Positions 1 to 8,658 of a DNA stretch of 47,184 nt are shown here, piece after piece. This DNA is from Algoriphagus sp. (GTDB lineage Bacteria; Bacteroidota; Bacteroidia; Cytophagales; Cyclobacteriaceae). The DNA lies in assembly GCA_044237325.1 (NCBI GenBank), contig JBIIFN010000001.1, positions 1 to 47,184 of the forward strand. The letters run 5' to 3'. Position 1 is the first letter of the stretch; the number at the start of each line of letters is the position of its first letter. The position numbers and the translations under genes were made by a program. A model generated the notes under the pieces. It saw only the letters and a list, made by a program, of their open reading frames with translations, was not told where the DNA came from and did not search any database.

Positions 1-1340
1 TCGTCTCCCATCACCCCTACCGATTGGATAGGAAGCAAGATGGCGCCTGCCTGCCAGACCTGATTGTACAAACCATGATCCTTCAATCCTTGGATAAAAA
101 TGTAATCCACTTCCTGTAGCGTCTTCACTTTCTCCTCGGTGATGTCACCCAAAATACGGATAGCCAATCCCGGACCTGGGAAAGGATGTCTTCCGATGAT
201 TTTTTCTGGGATATTAAGTCCTCTACCTACCACACGCACCTCGTCCTTAAACAAGGTATTCAAGGGCTCTACCACAGACAACTTCATGAAGTCCGGTAAG
301 CCACCCACATTGTGGTGTGACTTGATTGTCGCGGATGGTCCTTTGACAGACACTGACTCAATGATATCTGGATAGATGGTGCCTTGGCCTAGCCATTTCA
401 CCCCATCAATTTTATGTGCTTCGTCGTCGAATACTTCGATAAACACGCGGCCAATGGCTTTGCGTTTTGCTTCTGGATCGGTCAATCCCGCCAAGGCATC
501 GTAAAAACGCTGCTTTGCATCAACACCGATCACGTTCAATCCCAAGTGCATGTACGAGTCGAGTACTTCCTCGTATTCATTTTTTCTTAGTAGGCCATTA
601 TCTACAAAAACGCAGGTCAGCTGCTCGCCAATGGCTCTATGGATCAGTACTGCAGCCACCGAAGAATCTACACCTCCGGAAAGGCCCAATACCACCTTAT
701 CCGATCCGATCTTGGCTTTCAATTCCGCCACAGTGGTATCGATGAAGGTATCTGAAGTCCAATCTTGCATACAACCGCAAATACCTACCACAAAGTTGCG
801 AAGTAAGTTTTTACCCTCCAGTGAGTGCGTCACTTCGGGGTGAAACTGGATGCCATAGGTGAGCTCTCCTGCCACTTTGAAAGCAGCTACACGAACAGAT
901 TCCGTGCTTGCAATCACTTCAAAGCCTGCAGGAACTTCCTTGATGGTATCTCCATGAGACATCCACACTTGAGAACCTTGGGTCATTTCCTTGAGTAAGT
1001 CTTGGCTTAGGTCGATGTGGTCCAAGTTGGCCCGTCCATATTCCCGAATGGTGGAAGGCAATACCTCTCCCCCGTACTTGCTTGCTAGCAACTGGGCGCC
1101 GTAGCACACACCCAAGAGGGGCAGTTTACCACGAAAAGCATCAAGGTCCAAGTCAGGAGAACCTGCATCTCTTACCGAGCAGGGAGATCCCGAAAGGATG
1201 ATTCCCTTGATGTCAGAGGTGATTTTTGGAACTTTATTGTAGGGGTGAATCTCGCAGTATACATTCAGCTCGCGTACGCGTCGCGCAATCAACTGAGTGT
1301 ACTGGGAGCCAAAATCTAGGATGAGGATTTGTTCGGCCAT
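1..1340 (-). CDS. guaA: GMP synthase (glutamine-hydrolysing), 3' end runs off the window
   Basis: Missing from the ORF track because it is partial. Manual translation from ATG at 1340 gives [24 protein letters not shown]...LGVCYGAQ...QFHPEV...SGGVDS...[11 protein letters not shown]...[12 protein letters not shown], the GATase and synthetase motifs. Confidence 0.97.
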   Translation of the reverse strand, partial: MAEQILILDFGSQYTQLIARRVRELNVYCEIHPYNKVPKITSDIKGIILSGSPCSVRDAGSPDLDLDAFRGKLPLLGVCYGAQLLASKYGGEVLPSTIREYGRANLDHIDLSQDLLKEMTQGSQVWMSHGDTIKEVPAGFEVIASTESVRVAAFKVAGELTYGIQFHPEVTHSLEGKNLLRNFVVGICGCMQDWTSDTFIDTTVAELKAKIGSDKVVLGLSGGVDSSVAAVLIHRAIGEQLTCVFVDNGLLRKNEYEEVLDSYMHLGLNVIGVDAKQRFYDALAGLTDPEAKRKAIGRVFIEVFDDEAHKIDGVKWLGQGTIYPDIIESVSVKGPSATIKSHHNVGGLPDFMKLSVVEPLNTLFKDEVRVVGRGLNIPEKIIGRHPFPGPGLAIRILGDITEEKVKTLQEVDYIFIQGLKDHGLYNQVWQAGAILLPIQSVGVMGD

Positions 1341-1343
1341 GCG

Positions 1344-1351
1344 CAAAGGTA
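1344..1351 (-). promoter_or_regulatory. Bacteroidota sigma70 -7 element TACCTTTG for guaA
   Basis: Exact TAnnTTTG match ending 3 nt before the guaA ATG. Confidence 0.6.
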
Positions 1352-1544
1352 AGCACTGCCAACCGCTTGCTAAAACCAAAGGAGAAAATTTTGAACCGAG
1401 GCCCTAATTAATGCTTTTAACTACTAGTTTTTCAGTGAGTTAACTTAAAAATAAAAACAAGATAGACGGAAAGAATTGGGAATAGCAGTGAAAAAGAAAA
1501 GCAAGACCTGGGAATAAAAATAAGGTATGTCTAGGGACCGTTTT

Positions 1545-2540
1545 TCAATCCTTTTCCTCTTCCCCAAAGAGGGTCTCAAGCGCCACGGCATCAATTCCTT
1601 TTTCCTCTTGGAGAAATTTGCCAAAAATAGCAGTGCTACCGTGCGTCAAATACACTTTTTCTGCACCTGTGGCGTGGATTGCTGTTATCAAGCCCTTCCA
1701 GTCCGCATGGTCTGACAGCACAAATCCATGATCGAGCGAACTACGGCGACGAATGCCACGCACATTCATCCAGCCTGAGCAATTGGCGCTGCGGTAAGGG
1801 GAAAATTTCTTTAGCCAAGGGCCATTCATAACCGCGGGAGGAGCAATAATGAGCGCCCCTTTGAAGGAAGACTTTGGCAAGTCTTGGTTTACACGGATGT
1901 AATTGGGTAAGGCTAGCCCATCTGCCGCCAATGCCTCGTTGGTATTAGCGATCACCCCATGCACAAAAATTTCCCCAATTTCAGGTTGCAGGTGCGTCAA
2001 GATACGCTGGGCTTTGCCCAAGGAGTAGGCAAAAATAACGGAATTCAGCCCCTGGGCTGCATTGTTCTTCCACCAATCGTTAATCTGTTTGAATACTTCT
2101 GCTTGCGGTTCCCAGTCGTAAATCGGCATTCCGAAAGTGCATTCGGACACAAACTCATGGCATTTGACGGGTTCAAATGGCGTAGAAAGCCCATCATCCT
2201 CAACCTTATAGTCCCCGCTCACCACAGCCACTTTGCCTTGGTATTCCAATCGTACCTGGGCGGAACCCGGGATATGCCCTGCAGGATGCAGAGAAAGGCT
2301 AACTCCATTGAGCTGTACCGTCTCCCCGTAGCACATAGTTTGTAGTTGAATGTCTTTTCCCAAGCGAAGCTTCATGACTTCCTTGGACTGCGCATGTGCG
2401 AGGTACTGCTTCATCCCTCTGCGGGCGTGATCTGCATGAGCATGCGTAATGACTGCTTTTTCTACAGGCCGCCAAGGATCGATGAAAATTCCCGCTGGAG
2501 GGCAATACAAACCAAATTCCGTGAGTTCGAGCAGGTTCAT
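1545..2540 (-). CDS. Ligase-associated DNA damage response exonuclease (metallo-beta-lactamase/beta-CASP fold)
   Basis: IDPWRPV, THAHADH, AGHIPGS, SGDYK, ECTFG, YSLGKAQR, SGWM, LSDHADW and THG motifs. Confidence 0.9.
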   Translation of the reverse strand: MNLLELTEFGLYCPPAGIFIDPWRPVEKAVITHAHADHARRGMKQYLAHAQSKEVMKLRLGKDIQLQTMCYGETVQLNGVSLSLHPAGHIPGSAQVRLEYQGKVAVVSGDYKVEDDGLSTPFEPVKCHEFVSECTFGMPIYDWEPQAEVFKQINDWWKNNAAQGLNSVIFAYSLGKAQRILTHLQPEIGEIFVHGVIANTNEALAADGLALPNYIRVNQDLPKSSFKGALIIAPPAVMNGPWLKKFSPYRSANCSGWMNVRGIRRRSSLDHGFVLSDHADWKGLITAIHATGAEKVYLTHGSTAIFGKFLQEEKGIDAVALETLFGEEEKD

Positions 2541-2555
2541 GGGCCAAAAATCAGC

Positions 2556-3182
2556 TTACAATTCGGTGGGAAGAATCCCCGGCTTAGCATAGGAAAGTCT
2601 GCCGAGGGACTGACCGCTGTGGTACTCGTCCAAACCAGATACCGCAAGCGTGCCGAGGGCATTGAGATCTAGGGTACCGTCTTCACGGAGGCCTTTTTCG
2701 TCTACAAAGACCTGATCGATGGATGCAATTAGTAGCACCGTTTGGTTAACGGCGAGTGTTTGGGATTCAATATAGCTACAGGCGAGCTGCACAGGACTGC
2801 CTTCCACAAAGGGGGCTAAACAACCCGCTCGATACACTTCGGTGAAGCCTGTAGCGGCAAACTCGTTTCCTTCCCAATTGGCGGAGGTCCAGTGTGCAGC
2901 GACTTTCGTTTCGGCAACTACCTGGTTGAGGGTAAACTGCCCAGTGGCTAGAATATTTTCTAGCGTATCGCGCTTGACTGTATGTGGACGAAATAAGATC
3001 CCAATTAACGGAGGAGCTGCCCCAAGGTGGATGATTTGGGAAAAAAGTGCCAGATTAGGGATGCCTGCAGCGCTTTTAGTACCAATCAAATGCAAGGGCT
3101 TGTAGCCAGGCAGGCTGTTGATTAGATTTTTCCGAAAAGACGCATCAAGGGAGGCCAGCTGGGTGGCATCAAACTGTCGCAT
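2556..3182 (-). CDS. Flavin reductase family protein
   Basis: LINSLPGYKP..LIGT, NLALFSQIIHLGAAPPL, RDTLENI...FTLN pattern of the split-barrel flavin reductase-like family. Confidence 0.85.
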   Translation of the reverse strand: MRQFDATQLASLDASFRKNLINSLPGYKPLHLIGTKSAAGIPNLALFSQIIHLGAAPPLIGILFRPHTVKRDTLENILATGQFTLNQVVAETKVAAHWTSANWEGNEFAATGFTEVYRAGCLAPFVEGSPVQLACSYIESQTLAVNQTVLLIASIDQVFVDEKGLREDGTLDLNALGTLAVSGLDEYHSGQSLGRLSYAKPGILPTEL

Positions 3183-3625
3183 TAGCTCCAGATTGCTTCC
3201 TCAACGGTATCGCAATAGGCGATGTCCAGTTGATCGATGATGTTGTCTGGATATTGCGTGAGGATTTGTGCTTTGGCGATGTGAACCATCTTTTCAAACC
3301 ACTTTTCCGCAGGTAAAATTTTGCGGTGAGTCTTTACTCCGTAGCCCAGCATTTCTTTTTTCCAATGGATAAAATACCACTCCATGGTAGGCTGGTGAAA
3401 GGCGCGTAAGGCTCTTTTATCAAAAATAAACTTCTCAAAGTCACCTGCTTCCACTAATCTGCCAATCTCCCCAAAGGCTTCTTTAAAATCCTCAATGGGC
3501 ACGTAATCGGCTAGTAGTTCACAGATGATGGTTTTTCTAGCGCTATTTTCCCATACTTTGACATAGCGCTGCTCAAAGGCAAGTTTGAAATCTAGAATTA
3601 CTGGAGAAAATGCAGTCTCGTTCAT
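3182..3625 (-). CDS. Hypothetical protein, possibly STAS/SEC14 (SpoIIAA-like) fold
   Basis: 147 aa; KFIFDKRAL...MEWYFIHW...YCDTVEEAIW resembles SpoIIAA-like small proteins; 1-nt overlap with the downstream gene. Confidence 0.6.
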   Translation of the reverse strand: MNETAFSPVILDFKLAFEQRYVKVWENSARKTIICELLADYVPIEDFKEAFGEIGRLVEAGDFEKFIFDKRALRAFHQPTMEWYFIHWKKEMLGYGVKTHRKILPAEKWFEKMVHIAKAQILTQYPDNIIDQLDIAYCDTVEEAIWS

Positions 3626-3642
3626 GGCTTAGATTTTTGGGG

Positions 3643-3906
3643 TTAATAAACTGAGTTTCTGTTTTTGGAGGTGGTTTGCGCTACCTCTTCTTTTACTTCC
3701 GTCAACCGAATCTCTAGGTTGGAAGCATACTCTAAGGTGGTTCGCATCATGTCCTGTTGGGACTGAATCTGTTCCTTGAGTCGATACAGCTCTTGATTGA
3801 CCTCCGTCAACTGTTGCTCGTAATACAGTCTAAGCCTTTCCTTCTCTAGTTGGGCCTTTCTCAATTCCTCTTTAAAGAGTAGAAATGATTCAGGTGGTGT
3901 CTTCAT
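3643..3906 (-). CDS. Hypothetical coiled-coil protein
   Basis: E/Q/L/K-rich heptad pattern; co-oriented with neighbours; ATG at 3906 (track uses GTG at 3912). Confidence 0.7.
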   Translation of the reverse strand: MKTPPESFLLFKEELRKAQLEKERLRLYYEQQLTEVNQELYRLKEQIQSQQDMMRTTLEYASNLEIRLTEVKEEVAQTTSKNRNSVY

Positions 3907-3976
3907 AATCACAGCGCTTTCTTCTCGGGACCATACCCGTACTATAGACTCTCAAAAATAAGAAATTGTTTTCAAA

Positions 3977-4657
3977 TTATTTGAGATGTGCCATACCGCC
4001 ATCCACATGAATTATTTGTCCCGTCATCCAAGCCGATTTTGAAGACAACAAAAACGCAGTGGCTTCGGCAATGTCTTCAGGAGTACCTACTCGACCCAAG
4101 GGATGTCGCTTGTCGGAAGCTTCTTTTCGCTCTGGACTAGAAAGTAAGGCGGCGGCTAGTGGTGTCTCTGTTAATGAGGGAGCGATGGCATTGACGCGAA
4201 TCTTGCTAGGCGCCCACTCTGCGGCCAAGGAGCGGGTTAGCCCTTCGATGGCTCCTTTTGCCGAAGCGATGCCCGCATGAAAGCCCATGCCGGTTTGCAC
4301 TGCCACGGTGCTGAAAAGTACTACGGAAGGATTGGCGGACTTTTTTAATCCTTTCAAGCAGGCCTGAAGAAGGCGTACAGCGCCAAAAAAGTTGACATCC
4401 ATCTCTTGCTTAAACTCTGCGATGGTGATCCGGTGAAAGGGCTTTAAGTTGATCGTACCCGGGCAGTACACCACGCCATCAATCACTTCAGGGAGTCCAG
4501 GAAGGGTATCAAAATCTTCACTAAAGTCTACCGCCGTGGTCCCCTCCCCGCTTTTGGAATACATAAATAAGGTGGCGCCACTTTCTTGCAACTGCGTAGC
4601 CAAAGCTTTTCCTATTCCGGAGTTTCCTCCCACAAGCACTATGTTCATTCCCTTCAT
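3977..4657 (-). CDS. Short-chain dehydrogenase/reductase (atypical, catalytic Tyr replaced)
   Basis: GGNSGIG Rossmann motif, IRVNAIAP and TGQIIHVDGG; the YxxxK position reads IASAK. Confidence 0.88.
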   Translation of the reverse strand: MKGMNIVLVGGNSGIGKALATQLQESGATLFMYSKSGEGTTAVDFSEDFDTLPGLPEVIDGVVYCPGTINLKPFHRITIAEFKQEMDVNFFGAVRLLQACLKGLKKSANPSVVLFSTVAVQTGMGFHAGIASAKGAIEGLTRSLAAEWAPSKIRVNAIAPSLTETPLAAALLSSPERKEASDKRHPLGRVGTPEDIAEATAFLLSSKSAWMTGQIIHVDGGMAHLK

Positions 4658-4712
4658 TTTCTATTGGTTTTAGGTAAAATCAACTCGTCTAAAATTTGTT
4701 TGCGATGGGCAC

Positions 4713-4740
4713 AAAAAAACCCTGCTTTTTTTCGCAGGGC
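4713..4740 (-). terminator. Intrinsic terminator after folE
   Basis: Minus strand reads GCCCTGCG-AAAAAAA-GCAGGGT-TTTTTT. Confidence 0.7.
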
Positions 4741-4806
4741 TCTTCGTTGGTTTAGTTACGCGTATTGAAACAGCAGAGAGTTCATCTTCCGCTGGTAAAT
4801 TCATGC

Positions 4807-5511
4807 TTATTTCTTCAAGCTCAAGTACTTCAAAAACTCGTTGCGGCTTTGCTCGTCTGTTTCAAATTTTCCGGAGTAGAACGAAGTGACCGTGGAGCTA
4901 TTGGTATCGTTGACACCTCTGGAGCTAACACACATGTGGTATGCATCCATGATGATGGCTACATCCTCTGTACCCAAGATTTCTTTTAGCTCGTTGCCGA
5001 TCTGCATGGTAAGTCTCTCCTGCACTTGTGGGCGCTTGGAGTAGTACTGTACGATGCGGTTGATTTTGGAAAGGCCAATTACATTGCCGTTTGAAATATA
5101 GGCCACGTGTGCTTTGCCATAGATGGGTACAAAGTGGTGCTCGCAGTGTGAGTGGAAGGTAATGTCCTTCTCCACAAGCATTTCGCTGTACTTGTACTTA
5201 TTTTCGAATAGCTTCGGCTCTGGCTTATTTTTTGGATTGAGACCCGCAAATACTTCCTTGACATACATTTTGGCTACACGGTGAGGCGTGCCCTTCAGGC
5301 TATCATCACTCAGATCGAGCCCAAGGATGTGCATGATCTCTTTAAAATGCTTTTCGATTAACTCCACTTTGAGGTCATCGTCCATTTTGAAGGCATCGTC
5401 TCTCAACGGTGTCTCAAAAGATGTACCTACGTGCTCGTCTCCAATCTCCTCAAAAGAGGCACCCACACTATTAATTCCCATTGTATTCAACATAGTTTCT
5501 TTCTGTTTCAT
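4807..5511 (-). CDS. folE: GTP cyclohydrolase I
   Basis: TPHRVAKMY, HCEHHFVP, GLSKINRIV, RPQVQERLT, HMCVSSRGV. ATG at 5511 preferred over the track start at 5544. Confidence 0.96.
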   Translation of the reverse strand: MKQKETMLNTMGINSVGASFEEIGDEHVGTSFETPLRDDAFKMDDDLKVELIEKHFKEIMHILGLDLSDDSLKGTPHRVAKMYVKEVFAGLNPKNKPEPKLFENKYKYSEMLVEKDITFHSHCEHHFVPIYGKAHVAYISNGNVIGLSKINRIVQYYSKRPQVQERLTMQIGNELKEILGTEDVAIIMDAYHMCVSSRGVNDTNSSTVTSFYSGKFETDEQSRNEFLKYLSLKK

Positions 5512-5881
5512 AGAGTCGTACGATAATTTCGTATTTCCGATCAATTTGTGCCCTCAAGATATTCCAGATCACTACTGCTAGATTTTCAGTAGAAGGATTG
5601 AGGGTTTTGAATTCAACGGTATCTAAGTTTAAGTTTTTGTGGTCAAATTTATTTAGGACGTGCGTCTTAATCAGGTCACTCAATACCTTGGTATCAAACA
5701 CATAGCCGGTGTCGGGATCAATTTCCCCTATCAACTGCACGATCAAATCGTAATTGTGACCGTGGTAGTTGGGGTTATTACACTTACCAAACACTTCATT
5801 GTTCTTTTCATCCGACCAGGTCGAATTGAAGAGGCGGTGCGCGGCGTTAAAATGCTCCTTGCGGAAGATCGATACTTTCAT
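5471..5881 (-). CDS. 6-pyruvoyl-tetrahydropterin synthase family (PTPS/QueD T-fold) with PTPS-II-type motif
   Basis: FNAAHRL, GKCNNPNYHGHNY (CX5HGH), DHKNLN, STENLA, LYET; overlaps the folE start. Confidence 0.93.
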   Translation of the reverse strand: MKVSIFRKEHFNAAHRLFNSTWSDEKNNEVFGKCNNPNYHGHNYDLIVQLIGEIDPDTGYVFDTKVLSDLIKTHVLNKFDHKNLNLDTVEFKTLNPSTENLAVVIWNILRAQIDRKYEIIVRLYETERNYVEYNGN

Positions 5882-5906
5882 TGGTGTAGGAACAGAAGAA
5901 ATTCAA

Positions 5907-5945
5907 TTTTTGTTTAATTTCTTATGGATATTTATTAAACAAAAA
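5907..5945. promoter_or_regulatory. Inverted repeat, candidate operator upstream of PTPS-folE
   Basis: TTTTTGTTTAAT-N15-ATTAAACAAAAA, perfect 12-bp arms; a TATTTTTG -7 element lies on the minus strand at 5989-5996. Confidence 0.45.
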
Positions 5946-6148
5946 ATCAATTCGTTGCAGGTCAACCACTTAATTTGGCTGTTCATTGCAAAAATAGGCA
6001 TAATCTTTCCCCGGTCAAAAAGGAATACTGCTTCACTACCCTTGGGAAAATGGGTTTGTTAAGTTTTCTAAATGAGCGAAGAAAACGGGAACTCTTTGTG
6101 TAAGGACTAAGTTAAACCCCTTATGCAACAAGACCTTAACGCCCCCAT

Positions 6149-6853
6149 ATGTCTTTAGGAACTAGTTTTTTCTTCCCAATCTTTTGGGTGCTCTCCATTC
6201 TAGGATTTTCCGAAGGAAGGACAAGCCTGCCCCATAGTCCATCCCTGAATAATCAAGGTCAACTGCTTCTCGAGCAGCTTGGGCAGTCTCATTCCCAGCC
6301 CCCTTCATTACAGGCCCTGGAGGTAGCGCTAAGCGGCTACAACCAGCTAAAGAACGAACTTAAAAACCAAGTGTTGACAGTGATTGATTTTTCGCTACCC
6401 TCCAACAAAAAGAGGCTCTGGATTATCGACATGGCCCAGGAAAAAATACTACTTCACACCGTCGTGGCACATGGCCGCAACTCAGGCCAACTCCTAGCGG
6501 AACATTTTTCCAACCGTCCAGAATCTTACCAAAGCAGCTTGGGCTTTTACAAAACTGCAGAAACATACCAGGGGAAAAACGGCTACTCCTTGCGTTTGGA
6601 TGGCCTAGAAAAAGGAATTAACGACCAAGCCCGCAACCGGGCCATTGTCATTCATGGCGCATCCTATGCCAGTGAAGAAATAGCCGCCTTAGGAGGAAGA
6701 TTAGGGCGAAGTTTCGGCTGTCCAGCAGTACCAGAAGCACTTGCAGCTAACCTGATCCGACTAATCAAAGATGGCTCCCTGTTGTTCATCTACGGCAAGG
6801 ATCCAAGCTACCTGCAGCAGTCTAGGTTTTGGCAATCCACCCTACCTGCCTAG
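6149..6853 (+). CDS. Murein L,D-transpeptidase catalytic domain protein (YkuD_2-like)
   Basis: IDFSLPSNKKRL, VAHGRNSG, SSLGFY, IVIHGA, GRSFGCPA (His...Cys catalytic motif). Confidence 0.9.
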   Translation: MSLGTSFFFPIFWVLSILGFSEGRTSLPHSPSLNNQGQLLLEQLGQSHSQPPSLQALEVALSGYNQLKNELKNQVLTVIDFSLPSNKKRLWIIDMAQEKILLHTVVAHGRNSGQLLAEHFSNRPESYQSSLGFYKTAETYQGKNGYSLRLDGLEKGINDQARNRAIVIHGASYASEEIAALGGRLGRSFGCPAVPEALAANLIRLIKDGSLLFIYGKDPSYLQQSRFWQSTLPA

Positions 6854-8488
6854 CAGGGCCAGTAGCTCGGCATCACGACGATACACGTCCGCAAAAAAGC
6901 GTGGTTGACCGCCTGCATCCATCAAAAAAGTAAAGTAAACGATGCCCACAGGAATTTTGTAAGGCAGGTTGACAATTTCCTCTTTGCTTTGACCCATGGC
7001 CAGTCCCACTTTTTCACTTGTCCAACTTTCACTATTTTTTAGCAGTAGCTCCGCAAAATCTCGTGGCTGCTGCATGCGAATACAGCCGTGGCTAAACGTG
7101 CGGATATCCTGCTCAAACAGCTGTTTGGCCGGCGTATCGTGCAGGTAGACATTATTGGGGTTAGGAAACATGAATTTGACCTGGCCCAAGGCATTGCTCT
7201 CTCCTGGCTTTTGTCGGATGAGGTAAGGAAAGGGTTTTGCATTCCAGTTGACCTGAGACGGTGACAGAGGATGCCCCGCGGCATTCACCACTTCCATGTT
7301 ATTTCGCTGTAGGTAGCCCGCATTTTTTCTGATGGCAGGAAGTGTTTCGTTTCGAGCAATGGAAGGAGGAATATTCCAATATGGACTAAATACCAAGTAG
7401 CTCAAGGAGGCAGTAAAAACAGGCGTTTGATGCTTGATGGTCCCGACGATGACTTTGGTCGTAAATAAGGTGTCTGCCCCTTTGCGGTACACCAACTGGA
7501 AGCTAGGCACGTTAACGAGCACTGCCTCACCTTGGAAAAAGTGCTCAGGAATCCAGCGCATGCGCTCTAAGTTGACTCGTACCTTATCCATCAGCTGCTT
7601 AGGGGATTCGTTGAGGGCCGAGAAAGTGCCCTGTCCCAAGACCCCATCCACCTTGACTCCCCTATCTGCTTGATAGGCAAGCACCTGCTGCAGCAAAAGG
7701 GAATCATACATTTTGGCATCGGTGCGTAGCACCACTGCAGGGTATCCCCAAAATGCCAGCCGCTCACGAACTTGGGGAATTAGAACATTGGAGTCTCCAG
7801 GGCGTAGGACCCTGTCCGATTTGATTGGCTTCCAGTTGATCTCTTCCTTGGTACGCTCCTCTAGCTGGCGCAAAAGTAATTTACCTTTTTCATAGCTGGG
7901 TGTCTTTGGGTAGAGGGCCGCAAGCTGGCTGCGCAATGCCCGCGTCCGTGATGCCTGTGTCAGAAGACTATCGTACCCTAGAGCACTGCGCTTTCGCGGA
8001 ATCGACCACCTGGCCTGCAGCCTTTCTGGATTGACCTTACCTAGTTCCAAATCTTCAACCAAGGCAAAAAACGCATCCGTCAACAGGAGGTCTAGCTCTG
8101 CGAGTTCTTTGGGAAGCAAAACCTCCTTTGCTGCCTCTTTTTTCTCCACCGTAGCCACAAACGCATCGATCAAACCGAGGTGGTAACTGGCAGGCTGAAG
8201 CCCATCGTACTTGGATTGGCGGAGTTCAAAGCGGAATTCGTAGGCCAACTCGGTCAACCTGCCCGCTGCAGACCAGATGGGATCAAAATTGCGCTGCGCA
8301 TAAAAGGGATATGCCTCCTCCAACTTGAGGAGCCTATTGCCACGAAGCATTGCTGGGCTTTCTTGCGTAGATTTTTCTAAGGTTTGCCGTAGCTCCTCCT
8401 GAAATGCCTGCCCTTGACTGGGCTGGACGATAAAAAATAATAGAAACCCAATAAAAGCACTTTTTCCTCCTTGACTGTTGCAGTACAT
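6842..8488 (-). CDS. L,D-transpeptidase, YcbB/LdtD-like
   Basis: Scaffold region, PG-binding DGVLGQGT, NLERMRW, PYWNIPPSI, YLHDTP...FSHGCIR. Confidence 0.92.
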   Translation of the reverse strand: MYCNSQGGKSAFIGFLLFFIVQPSQGQAFQEELRQTLEKSTQESPAMLRGNRLLKLEEAYPFYAQRNFDPIWSAAGRLTELAYEFRFELRQSKYDGLQPASYHLGLIDAFVATVEKKEAAKEVLLPKELAELDLLLTDAFFALVEDLELGKVNPERLQARWSIPRKRSALGYDSLLTQASRTRALRSQLAALYPKTPSYEKGKLLLRQLEERTKEEINWKPIKSDRVLRPGDSNVLIPQVRERLAFWGYPAVVLRTDAKMYDSLLLQQVLAYQADRGVKVDGVLGQGTFSALNESPKQLMDKVRVNLERMRWIPEHFFQGEAVLVNVPSFQLVYRKGADTLFTTKVIVGTIKHQTPVFTASLSYLVFSPYWNIPPSIARNETLPAIRKNAGYLQRNNMEVVNAAGHPLSPSQVNWNAKPFPYLIRQKPGESNALGQVKFMFPNPNNVYLHDTPAKQLFEQDIRTFSHGCIRMQQPRDFAELLLKNSESWTSEKVGLAMGQSKEEIVNLPYKIPVGIVYFTFLMDAGGQPRFFADVYRRDAELLALLGR

Positions 8489-8603
8489 GCGATACCTCCT
8501 AATGACTTTATTTCCGGCTCACAACCTACGCTAAATCCAGCAGCATCCGTAGAAGAGCACTGAAAATCAAGAGGTAAGCTGATTTTAATCATGAGAATGA
8601 GCC

Positions 8604-8635
8604 AAAAAAAGGGCAGAAGAAAACTCCTGCCCTTT
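8604..8635 (-). terminator. Intrinsic terminator after kdsA
   Basis: AAAGGGCAG/CTGCCCTTT stem followed by a T-run on the minus strand. Confidence 0.7.
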
Positions 8636-8658
8636 CGTTAAGTGCTTAAGTAGGTTAG

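Noticed and set aside
139-1107. Short track ORFs at the left end (and 46051-47042 at the right end)
   Set aside because: Shadows of the partial guaA and cysS genes, which the track omits.
1352-1544. Purine riboswitch upstream of guaA
   Set aside because: No purine aptamer core recognisable, and the promoter element abuts the start codon.
5471-5881. Calling the gene queD
   Set aside because: The motif is CX5HGH rather than CX3HGH and no queC, queE or queF is adjacent; symbol left blank.
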